In this document: positions 38,401 through 48,211 of the stretch, one piece after another
Numbering within the stretch: the first letter of the stretch is position 1
How the letters are laid out: each line of letters begins with the position of its first letter
Assembly: GCA_963833205.1 (NCBI GenBank)
Contig: CAWHWZ010000003.1
Location: 222,130-286,129 of the forward strand
Reading direction: 5' to 3'
DNA: 64,000 nt
Origin: an uncultured Solirubrobacterales bacterium
GTDB taxonomy: Bacteria > Actinomycetota > Thermoleophilia > Solirubrobacterales > Solirubrobacteraceae
The notes under the pieces: model-generated
What the model was told of the DNA's origin: nothing
Databases searched by the model: none
What the model saw: the letters and a program-made list of their open reading frames with translations, nothing else
Made by a program: the position numbers and the translations under genes

Positions 38401-41400
38401 AATTGTCCTTTGCCCGATCCTGAGATTCCAGCTTTGCATTCGGTCGGGGTTGCACAGGTCTCTGCTTCTGCTTTCCCGTCTTTCACGCCCCATCCGACCG
38501 CCAACATGAATTTTCCTGCCGCAGACAACTCCTCAATGCGGTTATGGCCGTAGTCCGTCACCCAGAGATTCCCGTGGCTGTCTAGAGCGTCGTGCTCGGG
38601 ACCTTCGAACTGCCCGCCTTCATACCCAGGGGAGCCGAACATGAGCGAGTAGGCCAGCGGCACCTTCGCGTCCTTTCCAGACGCTGCAGGTGTGACCGTC
38701 TGGATGACATCGCCGGTACTTGAGTTGTATTCCGTGGTGTGTACGAGATCGAGTCCGCTCGGGTCAGTTATCACGGATGTCGGCTTGCGTAGTTTCCACC
38801 CAAGGCCACCCTGTCCGCTGTAGGACGTTTCGGTGGTACGCTTGTCAAATTCTTCTTTGCTCGCGTTTTCGGCGGAGTCGATCGTCTTCGTTACGAGATG
38901 GTAGGGGCCGCCTTCGGGAGCGCCTTCGTTGTAGTAATAGTTGGTGCGCTCGCGCGCCAACGCTTCTTCGTTGACTTTGCCTCCTTTGCCCGAGGCAAGC
39001 TCGACCGTGTGCTGCGGACCAACGCTGCCCAATAGCTCGGTGCCTGGTTCCGTGCCTTTTTCTTCATAGGTCAGTTCGGTGGCCGACTTGCATTCTTCGG
39101 TGGCTTTGCACCCTTCAGTGATAGCCTTCAGGCGGTTGTTGGGTGTGAGGGTGCGTCTGACGTCGTTGTAGAGGTTGTATTCGGCCACGGAGATCCCGCC
39201 CGTCGGCAGGGCAGTGTTCACGGCGCGGTCCTTGCCGTCCAGGTAGTCGACGGTCTCGCCTGTGTTTTTGTATTCCTTGGCGGGCCAGCCCATCACCTTC
39301 TCTGGCGGGAAAATCGCCATTGCTTCGCTTGGATCATCGGTCTGGCCCCATTTCGCTAGTTCTGTGGAGCTCATTTCGTAGGGCGCGCCACTACCGTACA
39401 CTGGCACCTGGTACTCAAGCGTCGTTACGGCATCCGAGCCGACCACTGGAGGTTCAGGAAGCGGCGTATTGGGTGTGCCCGACGCAACGGTCGACGTGGC
39501 CGCCGTTTCGGCGGTCACTGCACCTATCGCATTCAGCGCGGTTGCCTTGGCGACTAGCTTGTGTCCTTCGTCGCTCGCGACCGGATAGTAGGCTTGGTTG
39601 ACTGCGCCGGGGATTGGGGAGCATTCTTTGCCCGAGCTGTTGCAGTCATCCCACTGGTAGATGAAGGCCAGCGGGCTTGCCGTCCATGTCCCCGGTGTTT
39701 TTTCGCTGGTCAGGTTGACGCTGATCTTCGTGCCGACCACGGGTGTGGTGCTCGACAGTGTGGGTACTTCTTTGATGCCTGGTGCTTCGCCGTTGCCGAG
39801 CGCCGTCCCTGCTGACGGTACGGCTACGGCCAGCAGTCGGCCGGGGCTGGCGTCGCCTGGGATAGTTCCCTGCTCCAACAGCTCTGGCTCGTGACCAGAT
39901 GTACTGACCGCCGTGATGTGCCCTTCCGGGGAGTCGTCGTATCCGTAGGTCGTCTTCAACGGCGAGGGCGTGATTTGAGGGTTCCACTCCGCACGCAGCC
40001 GGCCTTTCAGGTCATAGGTGTATTCCGCGACTACTGCTTCGGTTTTTGTTTTGCTGGAGTTCCACGCGATGTACTTGACTTTCGACAGATGTTTGGTGAA
40101 TTCGCCCCATTCACTGGCCTTTTCGCCTTTTGCTGTCGTCGCTCCTTCATCGTATTCAAACTTCAGCGCGCGGCAGCCTTCTTTGAGTTCGCTGATCGCT
40201 TTCCCGCAAGAGACACCGGCTGGGACGGGTGCGAGCTCCTCGGTCGGCTCGATCACTCCGTTTTCCAGCTTGAATTTATAGAGCGCCATGTTGGTACCGT
40301 TTGGTCCTTCGGTGCTCGACGGCATCCACACACTGCCACTACTTCCGGTGGGGAGTTCAAACGTAGTCACTGACCCATTGTTACTCAGCGTGAACACCGT
40401 TTTGCCTTCCACTGGTTTTTCGAACAGTGTCAAACCGGCGTCGCCTGTCGGGGAGGTAAATTCACCTCCCCCTTTGCTCTCAAATACGACCTGTTCGCCG
40501 CTTCCGCCAGTCAACATCATCCCGCCCGATACCCGCAGAAGGCTCTGCTGGGCACCCAAGCTCAGATTCCACTGCGGCCCGAGAGGACCTTCTGTGCCCT
40601 GCGCTGGATGACGTGAGCGGTAGCCGCGACTCACCGTCAACGCGCCGTCAGGTACATTGATCGACACATCCGTAGCGGCCAAACTGAGCTCTCCCGTCAC
40701 GGGATTCACTGCGCCAGGGCCGGCGGCCACATTTTCAGGATGGTGAACCGTCAAATGGTACGGTTCTTCGGTCACGTTACCGGCGCTGTCTGTCGCAACC
40801 AGCGTTAGTGTGTGTTCACCGGCCGCATAGTTTTCGGCACTCAGTGTCCATTCTGCGTGACCGGTGCATGGACCTTTCGAGCAGCCACCCTGGGGCCCAC
40901 TGATCGGCTGGCCGTCAACGTCCAGCATAATCGACGCTATCCCTGAGCTCGGTGTTCCTTCCACCCCATCAGTAGCACTTGCTTTTAGAGTGGCACGCTG
41001 CCCATCAGATATTTCATGGTTACTCGGGAATTCGGTCAACGAGAGGCCATGCGGAGGTTCATTATCCACTTTGAGGGTCTCTGTAGTTTCGGCACTTCCG
41101 CCAAAGCTATACGCTTTAACTTTGAGCGTATCTTCCCCGTTTGGCATTTCGCTGTGATAAGCAAAGCCCCTATTGATTTCTTTCGGACATACGACCCCGG
41201 AGCATTCTGTTGCAAAGAGGAAGGCTTTTTCGAACCATTTTTTTTCTTCTTTTTCAACTCCTACTGTATATTCTTTTATCCCTACACCAGGATCTTTGGC
41301 GTGGAATTCAAATGCACCCAAATTCGGCCCGATCCAGCTATTACTTCCATAGAAAACATTCTTCTTACCGCCATCAACATTTTCATGCGTCGTATCGACA

Positions 41401-42926
41401 CTAACTTCAGGCCCTTTCGCCTGTTCCAGAAAAACAGAAACCTCCGAGGTCCCTCCTGCCCCGATCTGTAGTCTGCCTTCTTCGGAGCTTTCCCCAACAT
41501 GAGTCGCAGTTGAAAAGAACGCCGCCGTATTACCAGAAGAACCTTTCGTCGTTATTGTGTGATTCGGAAAACCACCTTCGTTTGGCAGCGCGACCCTTCC
41601 ACCTTCATTTTCACTTTTAGATGAAAAGATTTCCATATAATTTTCTACATGCTGCGCGGCCGGCATTCCTTTGGCTTCACCGCTGGACTCCTTGAACTGA
41701 ACTATACGAGCTTCGCCCGGTGCCGTATACTCCACAGCACCCCATTCGTGTTCTCCGTGGTATGCTTTGACAAAAATGTACCATGCTTCACTAGCGTTGA
41801 CGCCGGTAAAATGGCTGCCGCTATTAACAAAATGCCAATTCGTATTGTGCCCCGACGTTTTTCCAAAATACGGATCTTCGACCGAGGGGTCAACCATGAT
41901 AGGAAACTCATACGCACCAGTTCCCTTATCGACACTAAGAACAAGGAAGCTACCTTCCACTTTCATCGATACAGGCACCGCGACACCAGCAGCATCTCGA
42001 GCTACGGGAGCAAGAATCACAGCGATTACCGAACCGGCATCCACAACATCCACAGCCCCTGACGCATCATCCGCCTCAACCAATCTCGCGCCTTCAGGCA
42101 AGCCAACCCGATAGACAAGCCGCCCAGGGCTCGCAGCCGACCGCAGAATCGCATCCTCGCTGAACCCATCCGGCTCAGGCTTCACCACCTCATCCACATC
42201 ACTCCCAACACCCACCCCACCATAAAACACCACAGACCCGTCCAGCCGGCCTTCCACACCACCAACCGACCCACCAGCTTCAGTCACCGGCACCAACGAC
42301 ACACCCGTTTCCCCAAGACTCACCCCACTCTGCAACTCCCTCGGAATACGCACCTTCACCGCCGGCGCCTGCGGTTCAAACACACCACTACTAGATTCGA
42401 CCAAGCCAAGGTTCATCGCCACTCGCTGACCAGGCGCAGTTTCCGCCGCGATAGGCCCCATCGATTCGACCAACCCATGCTTGCCCCCACCAAGATCAAC
42501 CTGCGCAGCATTATCCGCCGGAAAGCCCACGACGCTCGCGCCTTCAGGCAGAGCCGGCAGACCCCCGTCAGGATGAGTGATCACTTCCGGGAACACACGT
42601 TCGGCAAGCTTCGAAGTTTCAGCTGCATCCAGACCCTCGTACTCGGTCTGGGATGCTTCGCGCTCAGCGGTCGCCTCGGGGCTCACGCGCCGCGCTTCTT
42701 CCGCGTTGCTCACAGCTTCCCCGCCAAGCAACAACTCCGCTTCGGGAACGACCAACGGGCTTTCAAGCGACGAGCCACCAGTATCGCCCAACGCAGTGGA
42801 TCCCTCAGCGGATGCCGTCCCCGCGCATAATGCAAGCCCTACGAGCGCAAACACCAGGCACTTCAGCCATACCGACAATTGCGCGACGCGCATTCCTTCT
42901 CCTTTGATTGATTGCCTAGTGCTCAC
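35451..42926 (-). CDS. Giant secreted Rhs/YD-repeat protein with Ig-like and NHL domains
   Basis: Signal peptide; VNPVTGEL DUF6531-like motif; NHL repeats (WVTDYGHNRIEE); YD repeats; core end GRFLQPDP...YSYTFGDPVDSTDPTG. Confidence 0.92.
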   Translation of the reverse strand: MSTRQSIKGEGMRVAQLSVWLKCLVFALVGLALCAGTASAEGSTALGDTGGSSLESPLVVPEAELLLGGEAVSNAEEARRVSPEATAEREASQTEYEGLDAAETSKLAERVFPEVITHPDGGLPALPEGASVVGFPADNAAQVDLGGGKHGLVESMGPIAAETAPGQRVAMNLGLVESSSGVFEPQAPAVKVRIPRELQSGVSLGETGVSLVPVTEAGGSVGGVEGRLDGSVVFYGGVGVGSDVDEVVKPEPDGFSEDAILRSAASPGRLVYRVGLPEGARLVEADDASGAVDVVDAGSVIAVILAPVARDAAGVAVPVSMKVEGSFLVLSVDKGTGAYEFPIMVDPSVEDPYFGKTSGHNTNWHFVNSGSHFTGVNASEAWYIFVKAYHGEHEWGAVEYTAPGEARIVQFKESSGEAKGMPAAQHVENYMEIFSSKSENEGGRVALPNEGGFPNHTITTKGSSGNTAAFFSTATHVGESSEEGRLQIGAGGTSEVSVFLEQAKGPEVSVDTTHENVDGGKKNVFYGSNSWIGPNLGAFEFHAKDPGVGIKEYTVGVEKEEKKWFEKAFLFATECSGVVCPKEINRGFAYHSEMPNGEDTLKVKAYSFGGSAETTETLKVDNEPPHGLSLTEFPSNHEISDGQRATLKASATDGVEGTPSSGIASIMLDVDGQPISGPQGGCSKGPCTGHAEWTLSAENYAAGEHTLTLVATDSAGNVTEEPYHLTVHHPENVAAGPGAVNPVTGELSLAATDVSINVPDGALTVSRGYRSRHPAQGTEGPLGPQWNLSLGAQQSLLRVSGGMMLTGGSGEQVVFESKGGGEFTSPTGDAGLTLFEKPVEGKTVFTLSNNGSVTTFELPTGSSGSVWMPSSTEGPNGTNMALYKFKLENGVIEPTEELAPVPAGVSCGKAISELKEGCRALKFEYDEGATTAKGEKASEWGEFTKHLSKVKYIAWNSSKTKTEAVVAEYTYDLKGRLRAEWNPQITPSPLKTTYGYDDSPEGHITAVSTSGHEPELLEQGTIPGDASPGRLLAVAVPSAGTALGNGEAPGIKEVPTLSSTTPVVGTKISVNLTSEKTPGTWTASPLAFIYQWDDCNSSGKECSPIPGAVNQAYYPVASDEGHKLVAKATALNAIGAVTAETAATSTVASGTPNTPLPEPPVVGSDAVTTLEYQVPVYGSGAPYEMSSTELAKWGQTDDPSEAMAIFPPEKVMGWPAKEYKNTGETVDYLDGKDRAVNTALPTGGISVAEYNLYNDVRRTLTPNNRLKAITEGCKATEECKSATELTYEEKGTEPGTELLGSVGPQHTVELASGKGGKVNEEALARERTNYYYNEGAPEGGPYHLVTKTIDSAENASKEEFDKRTTETSYSGQGGLGWKLRKPTSVITDPSGLDLVHTTEYNSSTGDVIQTVTPAASGKDAKVPLAYSLMFGSPGYEGGQFEGPEHDALDSHGNLWVTDYGHNRIEELSAAGKFMLAVGWGVKDGKAEAETCATPTECKAGISGSGKGQFNGPIGIAVNQTNNNVYVADYNNGRIEELSSTGTWLASIGSKGSTGGAFSSPQGVTIDSSGNLWVADYGNNRIQELSSSGTFLLAIGWGVKDGKAEAEACTTATECKAGISGSGNGQMANPAALTFAGGNVYVADYSNNRVDEFSTAGAYISKFGSKGTAMGKFEGPHDIATEAASGDLYVVDKGNNRVQKFTPAGSFLATFGSNGSGNGQLEHPDGMTITSAGAVYVIDSLADRIEEWVPTITGNEGAHNTKTIYYTTAANSEYKECGERPAVANLPCETVPVAQPGTNGLPELPTTKYTYNIWSEPQTTVETVGSTTRTKTDTYDAAGRLTTSAISSTVGTALPTVTNEYNSETGALEKQCANEGKPCTEGKPKTITSIYNKLGQVESYTDAAENTTTYEYEKEKGARLKTINDKEGTEASEYNETSGLLDELTYTNGVSTKMTFSATYDAEGNMLTESYPNGMIATYTYNQVGKPTALVYKKTTHCTEEEKEKCKWFKDTIIPSIHGQWLEQTSTLAHQAYTYDNTGRLTQAQNTPIGKDCTTRIYAYDEDTNRTSLTTRESSTEKCAIEGGKTQEHTYDTADRLTDTGIAYNTFGDITTLPANDAEESAAHALTNTYYTDNQVASQTQNEQTIGYNLDPTGRTLETVSSGKPNNSTIISHYPGPANTPAWTENALSHEWRRNITGINGSLVAIQNNGETPELQLTNLHGDIIAKAYLSETATELAAKADTSEFGVPTVTAPAKYAWLGASELPTELPSGVITMGVRSYVPQIGRFLQPDPVPGGSADAYSYTFGDPVDSTDPTGEYVECTYCTAHFDQLNREAIEREEAREAAARAAAEKAALEAAEAAAAAAGPQYAEGEEWEEWWEEEGEYEYISNDHGPKPRNEKAHVESAILVQPLSGEDEQGDQLHEVKGGPGICQGHCKRAHQIWSHAGGSGRVEADCVKGVIGYMALGTPADVVNPAGDVGSCIVGVLVGKI

Positions 42927-43066
42927 CGCGGTACGAGCGACTGAGAAACATCTTGCTTTGCAAGTATTCGGCGAAGCCTAATCCGCCTCGATGGTATGAA
43001 GCAAGGGGCGTTTCCCACTAGCCGAACTCCTTTGAACATTCAATGCCCCGAGGGGGCGGAGGCAAC

Positions 43067-43877
43067 TCACACGCCATTTCGCCCCGCTTGGTCCAAACCA
43101 ATGTCCCGTGCCGTGGCGATGATTTTGGGGCCGAGTTCCGCCAGTAGCTCCTCGCGGGCGTAGGCCCCTGCAGGAACCGCCAGATCAACGGCTCCGACCG
43201 CCCGGCCCTCCACGCCCAACACGACGGCAGCGAGAGCGCGCCTGCCGGCAGACAACTCTTCGTCCTCAACCGCCACGCCCTCCACGAGAATCCGTTCAAG
43301 CTCGGCACCTAGAGCGACTTTGGTCACGATCGTTTTGGGAGCACGGCGCGTGAGACGCAGCTTTGCTATCAGCTCCCGCTGCTCCGCCACGGGCAGGCAC
43401 GCCAGGAGCGCCTTTACCCGCGGCGGTGCAGTAGGCGGGCTGGTGCGTGCCCAGCCCGCTGCCCACATCCACCGCATACTGCCCTTGGCGAGACCCCTGC
43501 CAGCGGTCGATGTTGACAATTTCGGTGCCCCTGAGCACCCCCAGGCTCACGGTGTGCCCAGTACAGGCCCTGAGCTCCCGCAGATGCTCACGAGCAACGC
43601 CACGAAGAACCATCGAGTCCAGCGCCGCGAGCCCGACGTCCGAAGCGCGTGAGGAGAGCCGGTACTTGCGGGATGAACTCTGCTCAAGATAGCCGAGCGT
43701 CACCAGCGTGGTTGCGTAGCGGTGGGAGGTGGAGCGACCCAGGTCGAGTTCGTCAGCCATGTTGGCGATGCCGCGCACCGGGTGTTCGGCGGTGAAGCAC
43801 GTCAACATCGTCAGGCCCGCGACCAGTGAGGAGGAGAACTTGCCGGGGGGCTCGGGATCAAGTGGCTTTGACATCAC
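43067..43877 (-). pseudogene. IclR family regulator split by a one-base frameshift
   Basis: HTH and PAYCTAAGK in one frame, ALLA...VAVEDEE...ALAAVV in another; extra A in GGTAAAGGCG at 43413-43415. Confidence 0.8.
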
Positions 43878-43887
43878 ACTCAGTCAC

Positions 43888-44268
43888 CTACGACGCAAGT
43901 TTGTACTTGCGGGTCTTGGGATCTTGTTCGACGAGGTCGAGGACAAGCAAGGTGTTGAGATAGCGGTGGGTCGTGCTGGGGCCGACGTTTCCGAGCCGCT
44001 CGTTCATTTCCTTGACGCCCACCGGCTCGTCGTTGGTCATCAGGTGGGCGAGCACGAGCAGTCCCCGGATCACCGACATCGAAACGCGGCCTTTGGCCAA
44101 CTCTGGTCCGTAGCGTGCTTCCCAGAAGGCGATCGAGGACATCTCGGTGAGTGGCACGAGCCCCGATAGGACACTGGCGAGGCTTGCTACCTTTGCTCTG
44201 CCGGCTCTGCGTACCACCTCGTTCAGTTGACGCGCGGTCAGCCGCAGGTACACGACGTCCTCAGCCAT
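43888..44268 (-). CDS. Stand-alone IclR-type HTH protein
   Basis: SVIRGLLVL...VGVKEM..RLG...STTHRYLNTL....LVEQDP.TRKYKL; no effector domain. Confidence 0.75.
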   Translation of the reverse strand: MAEDVVYLRLTARQLNEVVRRAGRAKVASLASVLSGLVPLTEMSSIAFWEARYGPELAKGRVSMSVIRGLLVLAHLMTNDEPVGVKEMNERLGNVGPSTTHRYLNTLLVLDLVEQDPKTRKYKLAS

Positions 44269-44464
44269 GACGCCACCGACGTTGTGATCGAGTGATCGCG
44301 AGAATAGGACGCCCGCAGCAGGGATTTCGTCCCGCACCAGGTGCTGGCCTCCTTTGATGCCCGGCAAACATCTCCCTCATCGCATGGGGATGTTGCCTAT
44401 GTTGGTCGCTGCTGAATAGAGGCGCAGACACTAGTGTCATTGCCCCTAGTCATCCCTTGACATT

Positions 44465-45604
44465 CTACGAGTGATCGTGTATGCGGTTCTTCCTAGCCAC
44501 CAATATTCGCATGGCGGGCTTGGTCAGCCGAGTGGAGTGGGCGCGGGCCTTCAGGATGAGCGTGCTGGGTTTTGCGAGGCCGCCCATCGCGTCGAGGATT
44601 CCCTGGGTGGCGAGATGGCTTGTCGGCGAAGCCACGGGGCAGGCGCAGTGAAAGAAGCTCGCCATCGCGGTGAGAATCATCGTGTGGTGTCCGCCTGCGA
44701 GTGTGCGGGTCCGGCGCAGGGCCTGGGTCGCGATCATCTGCAGCCGGGCCGCGGCTTCCTGTGGTGAGGAGTAGTAGTCGATCAGGTTGCGCTGACCGTT
44801 GTCCCGATCTTCCTGGTGGTCGATGAGGCTGTCCAGCAGGGTGCTCAGGGAGGCGATCCAGGGGAAGTAGACGGTCTCGATCGCGGCGACCTCCTCCGGG
44901 CGAACGTTCGGATGGGCGGCGGCGGCGATCAGTGCGAGCACCGGGAGTGGCGATCCGGCGGCGGCGCCGGTCTCCCACCATCGCAGTCCTGTGTTCGGGG
45001 TCGTTTCCGCCTGCGCCCAGAGGGTGAAGGCGTTGTGTGAGCCGTTGCGGTCACCGTGGTTGAGGCTCTGGTATGTGACGACGCGCGCGGCGGCTTGTCG
45101 AGCCGGGCCGGCCACCGCGGCGCGGGAGGGGAGTGTGCCGATCGCGGCTTGGCAGGCTGCGATCAGGCTGTCGAGGTAGCCCGCGTCCTCGCGGCGACGG
45201 TGATGGGCGTAATAGTCGAGATGGATGGCGCCTGGTTCGAGGGCGGTGTGGAGCGCCTGGTTGAGCTGTCGGCCGTTGGCGATCGGGTCTGTGTTCGGCT
45301 GCTCTGAGATGGTGTCGATGTAGTCGAACGCCACCTGGTAAGCGGTGAGGGCGCGCACGACGTTCGCCCTGTGGGCTGGGGGTACAAACGCGGCGAACGC
45401 GGCGACCCCGTCGAGGTTTTCTCGCTTGGTGCGCTGCGCGTCGAATGCCAGCTGGCGCAGTGTCGGGTCGTGTATTTCGCCTGCGCGCTGGCGCCAGTTA
45501 CAGGCTTCACGGCATGTGAGTGGAAGGACGCTGAGCCAGTAGCGTCGCGCCGCGCCCACGAACGCAGCGCCCACCGCCCCCCGGTTGCCGGCAGTTCCCG
45601 CCAT
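44465..45604 (-). CDS. Class IB terpene synthase (tetraprenyl-beta-curcumene synthase YtpB/DUF2600 family)
   Basis: W...A..I.DP.LR..A, AYQ..DYIDTISE, GYL..L...CQ, W.E..A.AGS, YFPWI..L..LLDSLIDHQED...N...YY match the YtpB layout. Confidence 0.8.
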   Translation of the reverse strand: MAGTAGNRGAVGAAFVGAARRYWLSVLPLTCREACNWRQRAGEIHDPTLRQLAFDAQRTKRENLDGVAAFAAFVPPAHRANVVRALTAYQVAFDYIDTISEQPNTDPIANGRQLNQALHTALEPGAIHLDYYAHHRRREDAGYLDSLIAACQAAIGTLPSRAAVAGPARQAAARVVTYQSLNHGDRNGSHNAFTLWAQAETTPNTGLRWWETGAAAGSPLPVLALIAAAAHPNVRPEEVAAIETVYFPWIASLSTLLDSLIDHQEDRDNGQRNLIDYYSSPQEAAARLQMIATQALRRTRTLAGGHHTMILTAMASFFHCACPVASPTSHLATQGILDAMGGLAKPSTLILKARAHSTRLTKPAMRILVARKNRIHDHS

Positions 45605-45640
45605 GCATACAGCATTCCGCAGGTCCCCCTTATTCCATGT

Positions 45641-48211
45641 TCACTCCTGGAAGCTCACGTCCGGCGGCACCTGCGCGGCGGCCAACCCGGGAAGCGCGAT
45701 CACCGCGAGAGCGATGCCGGCGACCGCGATCAACGGGATAAGCACCTGGGGGCCTCCGACGGCGAACGGTGCGGGGAAGTCGGTTGTCAACCGCAGCCAT
45801 CGGTCGGCCAATGCGTGCCCGTACACGCCGAGGACGGCGCCGTTTACGCAGCCGACCGCGAGCACGATCGCGCTCTCCAAAAGCAGCGAGCGCCAGAGTT
45901 GGAGGTGATCGTACCCCCAGGTCTTCATCGCGGCAAGCCGGGCACGGCGCTGCCAGATCGCGGCGCTGAGCGACACGGCGATCGCGAGCGCGCCCGTGAT
46001 CAGCAGCAGAGTCGATATCTGGCCGAGGCTTCTCAAGCCCTGGCGTGCGCTGGCGTCGGTCTCGGCTTCGCGTTCACGGAACGTCTGCACCACCAGGCCG
46101 GAGCCGCCGCCGATCGCGCCCTGCACCACTCGCCGGCCGTTCGCGAGGGTGACACCGGGCTTGAGATCGACTTCAAGAGCGGCGGGGTTGGTCGTCTGCC
46201 AGCCTTGGAGATAGTCGGCTGTCGAGAGCGTGATTGCTCCCGGCGGCCATCCCAGGTTCGTGGTGATCGCGGCCACCCCGAGACGCAGTGTTCCCGACGG
46301 TGTCGGCAGCCCGAAGGATGACCCCACCCTCAGGTGGCGTTCGTTGGCGAAGCCTTCGGAGACTGAGGCCCAGCCACCCCGTCGGATCAGTTCGGTCGCG
46401 CGTTCGTAGTTGCCCCGCAACACCTGACTGGGCTGAAGCATCTCGGGCGCGTTGGAATTGTGAGCTCGTACCAGTAGACGCCGGCCACCGACGTCGAGTA
46501 GCCCACCCTGATAGGTGCGAACGGACGCGATGCCGGGGGCGCGAGCGATCGCGGTGAGCGTGCTGCCGGCGCGGAAGCTGGTTGTGTTGAACACGTTCTC
46601 GCCGGTCGTCACCCAGATGCTGGTCGTGCCCTCGTACTGCGCGATCGCCGTTTCAAGTCCATGGGTCAGGTCACGTCTCGCGCCCCCAATCGCGAGGCTT
46701 CCATAGACGGCGAGCGCCGCGATCGCTGCCAGCGCGATCGAGCGCGTGGCGGTCGCCTCCAGCTCGACCACGGCGTGGGAGAGCATCCCCCGGGAGCGCT
46801 CAGCGAGCGGGTTGAGCACCGCCAGTACCGCCACGTAGGCGAGGGGTACCAGGCAAACCGCGGCAAGCGCGAGGAGGATGCCACCAACGATCGTCAGGCT
46901 CGGCACGGCGAGCGCGAGCACAGTGCTGAGGAGGATGAGCGCACCGCCCGCGATCGCGAGCGCGACCGTCATCCGCCTTGTGATGCCCTGCCCCGCCTCG
47001 CCCTGCTCGTGCATGACGGCATCGAGCGCGCGTCCGGGGCGCAGGTCGAGCGCTGGCCGCAGCGATGCCAGCAGCGCGGCGCTGACGCCACATCCAGTCG
47101 CTATCAGGACGGTCCTCGCGCTTACGATCTTCTGGGTGCCGATCGGGAACGCAACTGTCAGGTAGCTGGGGACTTGGCCGAACAGGGTGTGAGAGAGCAC
47201 GGAGCCGAGCGCGATTCCCGCGGCGGACCCGATCAGGCCGAGCGCAAGCGCCTGCACTGTGAGAATCAGGATGATTTGCGCGGGGTCATAGCCGAACGTG
47301 CGCAGCTCCGCGATGAAGCGGCGCCGTTCGGGGATCGTGAGCAGTATCGCGTTGAGAGCAAGCAGGAACCCGACCATGCCGGCGATCACGGCAAACAGCG
47401 TCGTTGACTGCTCATTGGGCTTGGCGGCCGTGTTCAACACATGCAATTCCTCGTTGGCCGGCACGACATCCGTGCGACCTGCCGCGAGCCCCCGCAACTC
47501 GCCGGCAACACTCGCTTCAGCGCCCGCGTGTGGCTTGACGAGCACGTTGGTCACGAGCCCGGGTTTGCCAGTGAGCATCTGAGCGACCGGAAGCAGCGCG
47601 ATCACGACGGGGCTTTCAGCGACCGCTCCGATCGTCTGGCTGCCGAGCGCCGCGCGCACACGCACGGTGTGGAGCCTCCCACCGACGCGCAGCGCCACAC
47701 TCCCCCCGGGCTGTGCTCCGACCGCAGCCGCCACGCTCGCAGGGAAGCCGAGGCCGCCTGAGATCAGCAGCTCGCCCGCCCCGAGGTTGCGGGTCGCCTT
47801 GGCGCCCAGGTCAAGCAGGTTCGGGGCGACGCCAAGGAGCTGGACCTGTTCGCTGCCTTTCGGCCCGGTGATCGTCGCGTTCTCTCGCAGCACCGGCGAG
47901 GCGACTTCGACCCCAGGCAGCTGCGCGGCACGCGCAGCGAGCTGCTCGCTGAAACCGGCTTCTGAGCGTGCCGCGAGCTGCAGCCGCGCTGAGCCGATGA
48001 GCTGGTTGATCAGCTGGCCCGCAGAGGCCGTGATACTCGTGTTCGCCACGAGCACCCCGAAGACGAGTGCGACACCCACCGCGATACCGGCGGCTGCGAG
48101 CAGCTCCTGCGCCGGCCGCTGGCGCACCCGCCAAGCATACAGGGTCAAAGGAACGCCGACGCTGAGCCCGAGAACCTTTGGTGCGCGAACAGCCGGCCGG
48201 CGGAGCTTCAT
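45641..48211 (-). CDS. FtsX/MacB-like ABC transporter permease (two repeats)
   Basis: GIAVGVALVFG, ERRRFIAELRTFG, QRRARLAAMKTWG, TM clusters. Confidence 0.85.
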   Translation of the reverse strand: MKLRRPAVRAPKVLGLSVGVPLTLYAWRVRQRPAQELLAAAGIAVGVALVFGVLVANTSITASAGQLINQLIGSARLQLAARSEAGFSEQLAARAAQLPGVEVASPVLRENATITGPKGSEQVQLLGVAPNLLDLGAKATRNLGAGELLISGGLGFPASVAAAVGAQPGGSVALRVGGRLHTVRVRAALGSQTIGAVAESPVVIALLPVAQMLTGKPGLVTNVLVKPHAGAEASVAGELRGLAAGRTDVVPANEELHVLNTAAKPNEQSTTLFAVIAGMVGFLLALNAILLTIPERRRFIAELRTFGYDPAQIILILTVQALALGLIGSAAGIALGSVLSHTLFGQVPSYLTVAFPIGTQKIVSARTVLIATGCGVSAALLASLRPALDLRPGRALDAVMHEQGEAGQGITRRMTVALAIAGGALILLSTVLALAVPSLTIVGGILLALAAVCLVPLAYVAVLAVLNPLAERSRGMLSHAVVELEATATRSIALAAIAALAVYGSLAIGGARRDLTHGLETAIAQYEGTTSIWVTTGENVFNTTSFRAGSTLTAIARAPGIASVRTYQGGLLDVGGRRLLVRAHNSNAPEMLQPSQVLRGNYERATELIRRGGWASVSEGFANERHLRVGSSFGLPTPSGTLRLGVAAITTNLGWPPGAITLSTADYLQGWQTTNPAALEVDLKPGVTLANGRRVVQGAIGGGSGLVVQTFREREAETDASARQGLRSLGQISTLLLITGALAIAVSLSAAIWQRRARLAAMKTWGYDHLQLWRSLLLESAIVLAVGCVNGAVLGVYGHALADRWLRLTTDFPAPFAVGGPQVLIPLIAVAGIALAVIALPGLAAAQVPPDVSFQE

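Noticed and set aside
38060-38500. Duplicated GWGVKDGKAEAExCxTxTECKAGISGSG segment as a DGR template/variable repeat pair
   Set aside because: Both copies are in frame within NHL repeats, differences are not adenine-specific, and no reverse transcriptase gene is present
43405-43420. Programmed ribosomal frameshift in iclR
   Set aside because: Restoring the frame needs a +1 shift, and GGGTAAAG is not a canonical X XXY YYZ site in the right phase; mutation or sequencing error is simpler
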